DNA of 42,706 nucleotides, taken from Staphylococcus virus IME1354_01. This document shows positions 24,699-35,204 of the stretch, piece by piece. The notes under the pieces were generated by a model. The model did not search any database. It saw only the letters and a program-made list of their open reading frames with translations, and had not been told where the DNA came from. Position 1 is the stretch's first letter. Every line of letters begins with the position of its first letter. Location: the sequence record KY653126.1, one strand, 5' to 3'. A program made the position numbers and the translations under genes.

Positions 24699-25109
24699 AT
24701 GTTTGATATGTTGAAAACTTTACAAAAATATTTATTAAAAAACGCAACAATTGCTCAACATTGTACAGGTCGAATTCGAGCGTATCATTATGATGAAACT
24801 GCCGATACTTCTGGACCCTATATACTCATTAGTCCATTGATTGCACCTCAACCATCAACGTATGCAAGTGATACAAATTTATCGACTGAATATTTATATC
24901 AAATAGATGTACGTGGACCTAATTACGACATTGTTAAATTACTACAAGAAGAAATAAGAAAAACATTGTGGCAGATTGGTTTTCGTCAACAAGATGGTAC
25001 TGATCAATACGACCACGAAATTAAAATCTATATGGATGCACGAAGATATCGTGGTAATCCATATACGATAGACGAATTAAGACATATCGATAAAGAATTA
25101 ACTGAATAG
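24699..25109 (+). CDS. Tail completion protein
   Basis: It lies upstream of the major tail protein and is followed by an intergenic hairpin. Confidence 0.45.
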   Translation: MFDMLKTLQKYLLKNATIAQHCTGRIRAYHYDETADTSGPYILISPLIAPQPSTYASDTNLSTEYLYQIDVRGPNYDIVKLLQEEIRKTLWQIGFRQQDGTDQYDHEIKIYMDARRYRGNPYTIDELRHIDKELTE

Positions 25110-25170
25110 GCAAGCCTTTCGTAATCACGGAGGGCTATTTTTTATGCCTAAATTTAAGGAGGAAATATAA

Positions 25171-25791
25171 ATGGGTAGATATAATGCTGCGACAGGATTA
25201 GGAAAAATGTACTATGCAGTTTTAAATGAACAACCAGATGGTTCAGTAGAAATTGGAAATATAAAAGACGTGGACTATGTACAAGAAATGGAATTAGAGT
25301 TTGGTGAAGAATTAGAAAGAGCTTATGGTTCAAACAAAGTAGCGGAGATTGCAAAATCTGCTGGAGAAACAACACTTTCGTTAACATTCCATAAATTACC
25401 TATTGACGTTCAAAAAGACTTATTAGGTTTAGTTGAGCATAGCGAGAATAAAAATGTATATGGATTTAGTAATTCTACAGGTATTACTTATGCGGCTGTA
25501 GCTATTCCACGTACGATGGAAGATGGGTCAATGGAATGGTTTGGATTATCTAAAGGCGTATTCACACGTCCGAACAAAGAAGGCCAAACAAAAGAAGACG
25601 GCGTAGAATTCGGTTCAGACGAAATCGAAGGTCAATTCATGGAACGTGAAGTCGGCGGTTTCGAAGAAGAATTAGCAGTTATGATGGCATATGAGCCTAA
25701 AGGATCTACAGAAGGTAAAGACTCTGTATTCCAATCTATTTTTGGTAAATCTGAAAATAATACAGTAACAGACACAGTACCTGAAGCATAA
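25171..25791 (+). CDS. Major tail protein
   Basis: The 206-aa product has RBS AAGGAGG and is followed by the hairpin gacgactttaaccggtcgtc plus a T-run at 25800-25826. Confidence 0.65.
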   Translation: MGRYNAATGLGKMYYAVLNEQPDGSVEIGNIKDVDYVQEMELEFGEELERAYGSNKVAEIAKSAGETTLSLTFHKLPIDVQKDLLGLVEHSENKNVYGFSNSTGITYAAVAIPRTMEDGSMEWFGLSKGVFTRPNKEGQTKEDGVEFGSDEIEGQFMEREVGGFEEELAVMMAYEPKGSTEGKDSVFQSIFGKSENNTVTDTVPEA

Positions 25792-25894
25792 AGATATTAG
25801 ACGACTTTAACCGGTCGTCTATTTTTGTATACAAAAATAAAAATCTAAAATAATCGGTTGAATATAAACCCCGATGAAAAGGAGTAAATAAATT

Positions 25895-26221
25895 ATGGCA
25901 AAAGCATTAGTATTAAATATCAACGGTGAAGAAAAGAAATTTTATAAAGCAGGTAGCTTTACAGGTAAACAAGCACGTAAAGGTACACGTTTATCAATGC
26001 GTATGAGTGCTTTAAGCACAAACCCTGAAGGTTTAGACATTGAACAAGCAGAAAAATTTGAAGAAACATTAGATCAAATTGAAAAAATGGTTGTTGAAGA
26101 TTTATATGATAACCAATTTACTGTAGATGAATTACAAGAAGGTGTAGATGGAGATAAATACTTTGAAACACTTATCACTGAAGTAAGTGGAGCTAACGAA
26201 GAAACGGGAAAGAAAAAATAG
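25895..26221 (+). CDS. Tail assembly chaperone (G-like), zero-frame product
   Basis: The acidic 108-aa product lies before the tape measure gene and ends just after the slippery site. Confidence 0.65.
   Translation: MAKALVLNINGEEKKFYKAGSFTGKQARKGTRLSMRMSALSTNPEGLDIEQAEKFEETLDQIEKMVVEDLYDNQFTVDELQEGVDGDKYFETLITEVSGANEETGKKK
26206..26212 (+). other. Programmed -1 ribosomal frameshift slippery heptamer G GGA AAG
   Basis: It follows the X XXY YYZ pattern in the zero frame of the chaperone gene. The -1 frame stays open from here through 26463. Confidence 0.6.
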
Positions 26222-26262
26222 ATAGTAGCTCACTTAAAAATGAAGATTTAACGTATGAAAAA

Positions 26263-26463
26263 ATGGCGAAGAATATCGATGTTATTTATCAAGACTTGTT
26301 AGAAGCAGGTTGGAAAATGACGGAGATAGATAATACTGAAATTTTCGAGCTATTACGAATCTTACAGGATAAAAATAACAAACAAAGTAAAACTAAGAAA
26401 GTAAAAGTCAACGAGAGTCTAATTGGAGCAATTACTGGGAAAGACCCACGTCAATCCAGTTAG
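26263..26463 (+). CDS. Frameshift extension of tail assembly chaperone (GT-like product; fusion from about 25895 through 26463)
   Basis: The -1 frame is open upstream back past the slippery site, and this arrangement is standard before a tape measure gene. Confidence 0.55.
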   Translation: MAKNIDVIYQDLLEAGWKMTEIDNTEIFELLRILQDKNNKQSKTKKVKVNESLIGAITGKDPRQSS

Positions 26464-26501
26464 GCTCTTTTTTTATTATGCAAAGAAAGGAGAGTGAGTA
26501 A

Positions 26502-29500
26502 ATGGCAGATGAAATTAAGGGTTTTACGATTGATTTAGGTATTGACACCTCCGATATTGATAGAGGGATGGCCAACTTACAACGTAAATTAAAAACTGCA
26601 GATGCGCAAATGAAAGCTAACCTTTCTACATTTGATAAAGCAGAAAAGTCAGTGGACAAATTCGAAACTGAATTAGAAGGATTGAATAAAAAGCTAACAC
26701 AACAAGGGCGTGCAAGCGAACAATCTCAAAAGAAATTAGATCAACTAAGAAACGCCCAAGACAATACAAACAAGAAGATGAAAGAAGCAGCAGTTCAAGC
26801 TCAAAATGCTAAAAGTCGTTATGAATCATTGGCTGATAGTTATGACAAGTTAAATAATGAACTTAAAGAACATCAAACCAATGTTAAGAATGCGCAAAAT
26901 GCACAAAAACAAATGCAGAATACTGTCACGGCACTAAGCGCGAAAATGAAAAATGCTAAATCTTCTGTAGATGGTTTACAGGAAGAATTTGACCAATTAA
27001 ATGCATCAGGCAAAGCGTCTAAACAAGAATTAACTTCGTTAGGCAATCAGTTAGCTAAAGCTAGAGCTCAATACAATAGTTTATCTAATGCTGTAGATAG
27101 TGCTAAGCAAGATTTAAATGAATCTAAAGTAGCAACAGCAAATGCAAAAAATGAATTGCAAAACTTTAGTGATGCCAACAAAGAAGCGATGACTAGCGCT
27201 AAAACTGCAATGCAGTCCGCAAAGCAAGAAGCTAACAATGCAGAGAAATCTTATGCATCATTGAATAGGGAAGTAGCACAACTTCCAAGCAAACTTGATA
27301 AAGCTGAAAAAGAAGTTTACGAAAATGCTTTAGCTTATAACGTATTGCAAAATCGTATTGACGAAGCAACTGATGAAATGCGTGAATTCCACAGAGAACA
27401 AACAAAATTCTTCGGTATGGGTCCTGCAATTGCTGCAATGGGTCAACGTTGGGAAGAAGTAAACGCTAAAATCAATAAAATTGGTAATAGTTTCAGGAAC
27501 GTTGGCTATGTAGTTCGAGGTATTGGCATGGGTGCTTTAATTTCTAACATTTCTGCTGTAATACCTGTGGCTGGTAGTGCTGTAAGTGCTATTGCTGGAA
27601 TAGGTGGTGCTGCTACTGCAGCTGCTGGTGGTGCGATTGGACTTGGTGGTGCTTATGGTGTTGCGTTAGGCGGCATCATGGCATTTAGTGGCCAAGCTAC
27701 AACTGCTTTGCAAATGTTAGAAGATGGCCAAATAAAAGTTACTAGTCAAGTTCGTAGATACCAAACAGCATTAAGCGGTTTGCAAAATCAATGGAAAGGT
27801 CTTGTGCAGTCTAATCAAGCGGCTATATTTAATACAATGGCCAATGGTATTAATATCGCAAGAACTGCGTTAACTAGATTAACTCCCTTCATTACGACAA
27901 CTACAAATCAAATAGCCCGAGCATCAAAAGAAATGCGTAACTGGGTTACATCTTCTAAAAATGCTAACAATGCATTCAAACTTATTAATAATATTGGTCC
28001 ACCGATATTCCAAAACTTACTTAACGCTGCAATGCGTGTAGGCGATGGTATCACACATATGTTCACTCAATTTGGCCCTTTATTTACTTGGACAGGTAAA
28101 GGTATAGAAAGTTTAGCTAATAAATTTAACGCATGGGCTAACAGTGCAAGTACAGATAAAGGGATAGCCCAATTTATTCAATATACTAAAACGAATCTTC
28201 CTATTGTAGGACAGATATTCGGGAATGTATTTAGTGGTATTGTTAGTTTATTCCAAGCATTTAGTGGTCATTCACATGATGTGCTAGTAGGGATGCAAGG
28301 TGTAACCAAAACATTTAAAGATTGGGCTGCTAATTTACAAGGAACTGAAGGTTTTAAAAACTTCATAGCTTATCTTAACGCAAATGGTCCTAAAGTTTGG
28401 CAATTACTCAAAAACATTGGAAACATTTTTGTTGGTCTTGTTAGAGGTATGGCACCAGTTGGATCCGTAGTGCTTAGTATAACAACAGCTATAACTGGAT
28501 TTATAGCCAAAGGTGCAACAGCTAACAATACAATGGGTCTAATGACAGGTGTTTTAACAGCTGTTGGTGGTGCATTAGCAGCAATTCTTCCCATGTGGGG
28601 CGTATATAAAACTGTAATGGGTGGTGCTTCGTTAGTAACTCGTGCATATAACACCATAGTTAATATAACAAAAACATCAATGGCTATTTGGACAGGTGTA
28701 ACACGTGCTTTAGCCTTAGCTCAAATTTTAAATGCTAGAAACACTTCTTTAGCAACTATTATGACTGGTAAATATTCAATCGCTACAAAAATTGCTGCAG
28801 TTGCTACACGAGGACTAGGTTTAGCTCTTAGATTTATGACTGGGCCAATTGGTTGGGTTATAACTGCTATCGGTGCATTGGTTGCAGGCATTATGTATCT
28901 TTGGAAAAACAACGAAACGTTCCGTAATTTTGTCATAACTGCTTGGAATCAAATTAAAGCCACAGCAATATCAGTTTTTGGCTTTTTAAAACCATATTTA
29001 GTTGCAATATGGAATGGTATAAAAACATCTGCAATTGTTGCATGGACGATTTTGAAAACTGCAGCATTTGCGACATGGAATGCAATTAAATTTGCAATTC
29101 AAAATCCAATTTTGGCATTAAGGAACGTTTTATCTGCTATTTGGGCTGGAATTAAATTCACAGCTATAGCAGTGTGGACAGGAATTAAGACTGCTGTATT
29201 GACAATTATTCGTACATGGTTAGCAGTAGCTAAAGCATATTTTAACGTTTGGAAAGTAGCACTTACTGCGATATGGAATGGTATAAAAACTGTTGCAATA
29301 GCTGTATGGAACGGTATTAAGAACTCAATACTATCAATCATTCGAACTTTAGTTGCAGTAGCTAGAGCTATTTTAAATACAATAAAAACTGTTGTTTCAA
29401 CGGTGTTTAATGGTGCTAAAACGATTGCTATAGCAGCGTGGACAATCTTAAAAAATAGAGTGGTTGCAATAACACGTGCAATTTGGACGTTAGTTAAAGC

Positions 29501-32159
29501 GATATTTACGGGATTAAAAAATTCTGTTGTAGCTATATTTAATGCAGTGAAGAACTTTGCTATAAGAGTTTGGACTTTGATGAAAAACAGAATTATAGCA
29601 AATGCTAGATTGCTATGGACAGGTGTTAGAAATACGTTCAACGCTCTTAAAAAAGGTGTTATTGCCATATTCAACGCAGTTAAAAACTTTGCTATTAAAG
29701 TTTGGACAACGCTCAAAAACGGTGTGATAGCGAGAGCTAAATCACTGTGGAATGGTGTTCGTAACACTTTTAATGCATTAAGAAAAGGTGTAACAAACAT
29801 ATTCAATGCGGTGAAGAATTTCGCGCTGAAATTATGGACAAATATGAAAAACGGCGTTGTTGCAAGAGCTAAATCTCTTTGGAACGGCGTTAAAAATATG
29901 TTCAATAAATTAAAAAATAGTGTAAATTCCATAACTAAAAGTATTAGGTCATTCTTATTTGATATATGGAATAAAATCAAAAACAAAGTAATATCTTTAG
30001 CTAAAGCTTTGTGGAATAGTGTTAGAAATACCTTTAATAATATGCGTAACGGTATACGCGGTATTATCGGGAAAGTTAAAGGTAATCTTATTAACACTTG
30101 GAATTCTATTAAAAGTAAAGTGACTGATATTGCTTCGAAATTATGGAATTCTGTTAAAGGCACTTTCAATAACATGAAAAATGGTCTTAAAGATATTATT
30201 GGAAAAATTAAAGGCCACATAACTGGAATGGTTGATGCAGTTAAAAAAGGATTAAATAAATTAATAGATGGTGTGAACTGGGTTGGTGGCAAACTTGGTA
30301 TGGATAAATTACCTAAACTCAAGTTACACACTGGTACAGAACACACTAATACAACCACGAATGTAGTTAAGAACGGTAAGATTGCTCGCGATACATTTGC
30401 TACTGTAGGAGATAAAGGACGTGGAAACGGTCCTGGTGGTTTCAGACACGAAGCTATTAAATATCCAAATGGTAAAATGGCACTTACACCTAACAAAGAT
30501 ACAACAGCATTCTTACCTAAAGGATCATCTGTTATGAATGGTGCGCAAACGCATTCTATGTTAAGCAATAGCAATCCAACATTCTCTAAGGGTACGTTAC
30601 CTAGATTCCATAATGGTACTACAGGATGGGATATGTTAGGTGGCGGTGGTTCTAAGCCTAAAAAACATAAAAAAGATGATAATTTATTTGGCGATATGAT
30701 ATCTGGTGCTAAAGATGGTGCAGAAGCATTACAAGGAAAAGTAGTTAAAGGTGGCAAGGCAGTTGTCAATAAAACACTTGAAACTGCTGCAAAAGGTAAG
30801 AAATGGTTAGGCGATAAAGTCGGCGATGTCATGGACTGGATTGAAAAACCTGGTAAATTACTTAAAAAAGTCTTAGAAGGCTTTGGAGTAAGTATGAAAG
30901 GTTTTGGCATACCTAAAGCTGCATCTTTACCATATGACATGATGAAAGGTATGTTTGGCAAACTTAAAAAAGCTGCTACTGATTTATTCACATCTTGGAT
31001 GGAAGAACAAGGTGGTGACGGTGGTTATATAGATTTATCTAAAGGGATTAACTTCGGATTCTATAAAACTGCTGCTCAAGCGTTAGCTGCAGGCTATCCA
31101 TTTGCATCAGCCCATCATGGTATAGATGTCAACTACAAAACTGGGGATAAGTTATATTCTACAGTGTCAGGTACAGCGACAGCAAAACACGATAATTCCG
31201 GTTTCGGTAAACATATGTGGATTAAGTCAGGGATTATGGATGTTATCTATGGCCATATGAGTAAGTTTGCGTTCACTGGTAGCAAAAAAGTTAAACCAGG
31301 TACTTATTTAGGTGAATCCGGTAATACAGGTCGTTCAAGTGGTCCTCACTTACACTATGAAATGAGAAAAAATGGTGTGCCGTTTGATCCGAGAAATTGG
31401 TTGAAGAAAAACAATGGCGGCGGTGGTAAATCTGGTAAATGGAACGGAGATATTAAAAAAGCACTTAAAATAGCTGGTTTACCAACATCTGGGGCGTATG
31501 TAAAAGCGTGGCAAAAACAAATTCAAACTGAATCAGGTGGAAATCCTAAAGCTTTAGGTGGTACTGATGGATTGGCTGATGGTCGTGCAAAAGGTTTAGT
31601 ACAAGTTAAACCAGGTACATTCAATGCATATAAATTACCAGGTCACGGAAACATATGGAATGGCTTGGATAACCTAATTGCTGGTATGAGATACGCTAAA
31701 GCTAGATATGGTAAAGGTGGCATGCTAAGCGTTATAGGTAAAGGACATGGATATGCCACTGGCGGTCTAATCAAAAATGCTGGGTGGTATAACCTAGCCG
31801 AAGGTGGTTATCCAGAGTGGGTAATCCCTACTGACCCTAGTCGTAACTCTGACGCAATGAAATTGTTAGCGTTAGCTGCACAAGATATACAAGGTGGTAA
31901 ATCAACAACTGGTAATAAACGTCCTAACTCAATGAAAACACCAAAAACAAATGACGATGACGCTATGTTAAGAAAAGTTGTTGAACGCCAAGATGTACAA
32001 ATTAGTCAAATGCAAGAAACAATTGGCTATTTAGCTCAATTAGTATCAAGTACACAAAACATCGAACAACAACCTAAAGGATTTAATGAAGGTGATGTAT
32101 CACAAGCACAAGGCAAACGTATGCAAATGATGGCGTACAATATGGGAGGTGCGTTCTAA
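26502..32159 (+). CDS. Tail tape measure protein with C-terminal lytic transglycosylase (SLT) and M23 peptidase domains
   Basis: The 1885-aa product has an N-terminal coiled coil, a Gly/Ala TM region and about 40-aa tandem repeats. The M23 motif is HHGIDV...[17 protein letters not shown], and the SLT motif is [14 protein letters not shown]...GLVQV. Confidence 0.9.
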   Translation: MADEIKGFTIDLGIDTSDIDRGMANLQRKLKTADAQMKANLSTFDKAEKSVDKFETELEGLNKKLTQQGRASEQSQKKLDQLRNAQDNTNKKMKEAAVQAQNAKSRYESLADSYDKLNNELKEHQTNVKNAQNAQKQMQNTVTALSAKMKNAKSSVDGLQEEFDQLNASGKASKQELTSLGNQLAKARAQYNSLSNAVDSAKQDLNESKVATANAKNELQNFSDANKEAMTSAKTAMQSAKQEANNAEKSYASLNREVAQLPSKLDKAEKEVYENALAYNVLQNRIDEATDEMREFHREQTKFFGMGPAIAAMGQRWEEVNAKINKIGNSFRNVGYVVRGIGMGALISNISAVIPVAGSAVSAIAGIGGAATAAAGGAIGLGGAYGVALGGIMAFSGQATTALQMLEDGQIKVTSQVRRYQTALSGLQNQWKGLVQSNQAAIFNTMANGINIARTALTRLTPFITTTTNQIARASKEMRNWVTSSKNANNAFKLINNIGPPIFQNLLNAAMRVGDGITHMFTQFGPLFTWTGKGIESLANKFNAWANSASTDKGIAQFIQYTKTNLPIVGQIFGNVFSGIVSLFQAFSGHSHDVLVGMQGVTKTFKDWAANLQGTEGFKNFIAYLNANGPKVWQLLKNIGNIFVGLVRGMAPVGSVVLSITTAITGFIAKGATANNTMGLMTGVLTAVGGALAAILPMWGVYKTVMGGASLVTRAYNTIVNITKTSMAIWTGVTRALALAQILNARNTSLATIMTGKYSIATKIAAVATRGLGLALRFMTGPIGWVITAIGALVAGIMYLWKNNETFRNFVITAWNQIKATAISVFGFLKPYLVAIWNGIKTSAIVAWTILKTAAFATWNAIKFAIQNPILALRNVLSAIWAGIKFTAIAVWTGIKTAVLTIIRTWLAVAKAYFNVWKVALTAIWNGIKTVAIAVWNGIKNSILSIIRTLVAVARAILNTIKTVVSTVFNGAKTIAIAAWTILKNRVVAITRAIWTLVKAIFTGLKNSVVAIFNAVKNFAIRVWTLMKNRIIANARLLWTGVRNTFNALKKGVIAIFNAVKNFAIKVWTTLKNGVIARAKSLWNGVRNTFNALRKGVTNIFNAVKNFALKLWTNMKNGVVARAKSLWNGVKNMFNKLKNSVNSITKSIRSFLFDIWNKIKNKVISLAKALWNSVRNTFNNMRNGIRGIIGKVKGNLINTWNSIKSKVTDIASKLWNSVKGTFNNMKNGLKDIIGKIKGHITGMVDAVKKGLNKLIDGVNWVGGKLGMDKLPKLKLHTGTEHTNTTTNVVKNGKIARDTFATVGDKGRGNGPGGFRHEAIKYPNGKMALTPNKDTTAFLPKGSSVMNGAQTHSMLSNSNPTFSKGTLPRFHNGTTGWDMLGGGGSKPKKHKKDDNLFGDMISGAKDGAEALQGKVVKGGKAVVNKTLETAAKGKKWLGDKVGDVMDWIEKPGKLLKKVLEGFGVSMKGFGIPKAASLPYDMMKGMFGKLKKAATDLFTSWMEEQGGDGGYIDLSKGINFGFYKTAAQALAAGYPFASAHHGIDVNYKTGDKLYSTVSGTATAKHDNSGFGKHMWIKSGIMDVIYGHMSKFAFTGSKKVKPGTYLGESGNTGRSSGPHLHYEMRKNGVPFDPRNWLKKNNGGGGKSGKWNGDIKKALKIAGLPTSGAYVKAWQKQIQTESGGNPKALGGTDGLADGRAKGLVQVKPGTFNAYKLPGHGNIWNGLDNLIAGMRYAKARYGKGGMLSVIGKGHGYATGGLIKNAGWYNLAEGGYPEWVIPTDPSRNSDAMKLLALAAQDIQGGKSTTGNKRPNSMKTPKTNDDDAMLRKVVERQDVQISQMQETIGYLAQLVSSTQNIEQQPKGFNEGDVSQAQGKRMQMMAYNMGGAF
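28990..30250 (+). repeat. Imperfect tandem repeats inside the tape measure gene, about 120 bp (about 40 aa) units such as [41 protein letters not shown]
   Basis: About ten diverged copies are visible in the translation, and they create the long spurious antisense ORF 29099-30991. Confidence 0.7.
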
Positions 32160-32988
32160 TTTGAAAAAAGAAGTAAGGTTATTTAATGATAATTTTGATA
32201 TTAAACTGACAGACACACCTTATTTGAGATTTCTCGATCATATAGAAGAAGGCGTTGAAGTCAACGCCAATACAACTGAAATCAATGGTACTGACGGTGT
32301 ACTAATGGGGCCGACTACGTTCGGTCCTTTTAATTTGGTTTTAAACTTTTCTTTCAGAGGATTAGATACTAAAGATTTAATACTACAAAAACAAAAATTA
32401 AGGAACATTTTATTCCGACGTGAACCTTATTATATTTGGCATTCAGATGCACCAGGCAAGAAGTATTTAGTTTATTGTGATAGTAATGAAAATGAAGATT
32501 TAACGCATTCTTTTGCTACATTTAAAGTTACTTTCGTGGTTGTAAAAGGTTATTCAGAATCATTAAAAGACACAAGTCAATTTAGTTTATCAAGTGGGGA
32601 TTGGCAATTTGAAGCAGGCGTTTTATCAGATGATGAAATTAAATACACACACGATACAACAGCTTTTAAAATTTATAATGGTTCATCAGATACAATCAAC
32701 CCATTATTAAGACATCAATTTAAATTACTAGTTAATATTGATGCACCTAAAGGTTTCAAAATTAAGAATAAAACAACAGGTGACGTATTCGAGTATAAGA
32801 AAGCTATTAAAAGCAATCAAAGGTTAACTATAAATGGTGTGCATCCTTTCATTGATAACAAACGTGTAGGAATCGATACTAATTGGCAGTGGCTCACATT
32901 AGATGAAGGTTTCAATAACATAGAAATCATTGGCGAGAATATCAGTAACGTTCAGACACAATGGATATTCCCTTTCATATATAGGTAG
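32149..32988 (+). CDS. Distal tail protein (Dit-like)
   Basis: The 279-aa product lies immediately after the tape measure gene. Confidence 0.65.
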   Translation: MRSNLKKEVRLFNDNFDIKLTDTPYLRFLDHIEEGVEVNANTTEINGTDGVLMGPTTFGPFNLVLNFSFRGLDTKDLILQKQKLRNILFRREPYYIWHSDAPGKKYLVYCDSNENEDLTHSFATFKVTFVVVKGYSESLKDTSQFSLSSGDWQFEAGVLSDDEIKYTHDTTAFKIYNGSSDTINPLLRHQFKLLVNIDAPKGFKIKNKTTGDVFEYKKAIKSNQRLTINGVHPFIDNKRVGIDTNWQWLTLDEGFNNIEIIGENISNVQTQWIFPFIYR

Positions 32989-34587
32989 GTGAATGAATTG
33001 GAAAGTTTAGTTTTGAAAAATAAAAAAGACACATACGGTGAAATATTAACCGATTTTGATTTCGGTTCATTCAAATATGAATATGAAAAGAATAATGAAC
33101 GTTCTGTTGCTTTCACTATATTTAAAACGACATCTAATTCTGACATTTTTGACGCAATGTTGAATGAAATGTTGATACTTTGGAAAGGTCAGGAATATGT
33201 AATCAAATCAACTTCTGTTAAACATGATGGTGCAATTGTATCTAATGATGTGACTGCCAAACATATATTTATGGAGTTTCAAAATCATTACATTCAGAAA
33301 GATTTAGAAAATGAAGAAATGAATAGTGAAGAAACTACGGATGAAGAAAGTAAACCTACAATGACACTCGAACAATATCTTGACTTTGGCTTTAAAGGTA
33401 ACAAGCTAGGCTTTACCTATGAGATTAAAGGCACATTTAATAAACGTGTTGAAATTGATGAATTAGGTAACAAAAATGGCATGGAATTTCTTACAGAGGG
33501 TGCTGAATTATTCAATTATATTTATTTTGCCGACAATAAGAAAATTTACATCTACGATGAAGCAACTTTTTATAAAATGGCAGATATACCGTTAATCTAC
33601 AAATATAATTCAAGTGAAGTGCAAGCAACAATTACTACAACTGATGTTAAAACTTACATTCAAGGTTATGGCAAGAAGAAAACAAAAGCTGAAACTAAGA
33701 ACTATAAACCTATGAAACCCAAAGACTTAAGTTACTCAGGAACATTTATTAAGGATGGTACTTGGAGAACTGAAACTGTTGGGGCAAGTTACAATAAAAC
33801 ATTTAACTGTAAGTGGGGAAACGAAACACTTGAATGGACATTGAAAAAAATGGCTAAAGGTGGTTTACTCGATATTTATTTAGACAATGAGTTAGTTGGA
33901 CGATATGAATGTTATAGTAAAACAGCTACAAGCGAGAAGATAGTTGTTGCAAGAAATTTATCAAAAGGTAACCACACATTTAAAGCGGTATACAGAGGAG
34001 CCAAACCTGGTATAGACTATAAAAAGTCAAAACCTTGTATGTATGTTGGCACAGAGAAGTCTACAGTTTTAAATATTACTGCGGTATTGAAAGGTGCTGA
34101 CATTTATCATGCTTATGCTGAATATAAATCGCCAAATATAGACGCTTTTGGTTTTTCAGAAGCGCCGACAGTGTTTGATGATAACGCGTTAGATAAAGAA
34201 GAATTATTAAAGAAAATAAAAGACGAACTCAATGACCAACCAACTGTTGAAGTATCAACTAACTATTTAGGATCCGTTGAGAATAAGCACTATCTTAATA
34301 ATGATGATATTAAAGAAAACAACACAATACGCTTCATACACCAACCCTTAGGCTATAACTTAGATTTAAAAGTTGTTAAAATCACTGCTTCACATCCATT
34401 AGTAAATGAACCAGTGGAAGTTGATTTCAGCAATTCACCAACAGATATTATAAAAATACAACAGGGTATAAGTAAAAATATTAAAAAAGTAAACAATTTA
34501 GTAAGAGGTGGCTCACTCGGTAGGGCATCTTTTACTATACCTGAAAACTATTCAGATATTGTGGGGGTGACATTAACAGATGGCTGA
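32989..34587 (+). CDS. Tail-associated protein (Tal-like / tail tip)
   Basis: The 532-aa product lies after Dit, with a TTG start. Confidence 0.55.
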   Translation: MNELESLVLKNKKDTYGEILTDFDFGSFKYEYEKNNERSVAFTIFKTTSNSDIFDAMLNEMLILWKGQEYVIKSTSVKHDGAIVSNDVTAKHIFMEFQNHYIQKDLENEEMNSEETTDEESKPTMTLEQYLDFGFKGNKLGFTYEIKGTFNKRVEIDELGNKNGMEFLTEGAELFNYIYFADNKKIYIYDEATFYKMADIPLIYKYNSSEVQATITTTDVKTYIQGYGKKKTKAETKNYKPMKPKDLSYSGTFIKDGTWRTETVGASYNKTFNCKWGNETLEWTLKKMAKGGLLDIYLDNELVGRYECYSKTATSEKIVVARNLSKGNHTFKAVYRGAKPGIDYKKSKPCMYVGTEKSTVLNITAVLKGADIYHAYAEYKSPNIDAFGFSEAPTVFDDNALDKEELLKKIKDELNDQPTVEVSTNYLGSVENKHYLNNDDIKENNTIRFIHQPLGYNLDLKVVKITASHPLVNEPVEVDFSNSPTDIIKIQQGISKNIKKVNNLVRGGSLGRASFTIPENYSDIVGVTLTDG

Positions 34588-35188
34588 GATTAACCACAGA
34601 TATTTAAAAGATAATGATGGAGATACATTTTTCCCTATAACTCATATAGATGCTATACAAGGCATAAACCAAGAAAATACTGATAACGCAATAACTGATA
34701 TTAACGACAAGATTAACCAAATGAACACATTGCTATCAGAAGCTAGTGAAACTATTGCAAAACAAAGTAAAATAATAGAAGAACAGAAAAATAGTTTAGA
34801 TATACTCGATATATCACTAGGGGATATGGTCGGTGATACAGGTTGGGTGGATATTTCTGTACCTACTAATATGAAAAATAACGCAGTAGGCACTGGTTTT
34901 AAATCAGGTATTAGAGAGGTCAGAGTAGGCAACAGTTTAATGCCACATTATTTTGTAATCCGTTCCATTAGATTGAATGTATCAGGTATCACAGGTGCTA
35001 CTATGCAAATAGCTCAACTGCCTACAGGGTTTGTTACTGACAACCAATCATTCATGGCTAGACAACATGGTAGCAGGTCTCCAGTAACAGTTGAATGTTT
35101 AAAAGATGGTAAGGTCATGGCTTATATCCACCCTGACGACCAATCCAAAACTAATTGGCTCTACCAAGAGTTTACTTGGCTGGAATAA
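34580..35188 (+). CDS. Hypothetical tail/baseplate protein (202 aa)
   Basis: The assignment is positional. Confidence 0.45.
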   Translation: MAEINHRYLKDNDGDTFFPITHIDAIQGINQENTDNAITDINDKINQMNTLLSEASETIAKQSKIIEEQKNSLDILDISLGDMVGDTGWVDISVPTNMKNNAVGTGFKSGIREVRVGNSLMPHYFVIRSIRLNVSGITGATMQIAQLPTGFVTDNQSFMARQHGSRSPVTVECLKDGKVMAYIHPDDQSKTNWLYQEFTWLE

Positions 35189-35204
35189 AAAAGGAGTAAG
35201 ATAA

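Noticed and set aside
29099-30991. 630-aa ORF on the minus strand
   Set aside because: It lies entirely antisense within the tape measure gene repeat array. Its translation is proline- and leucine-rich low complexity, and the tandem repeats keep the frame open. It is not a gene.
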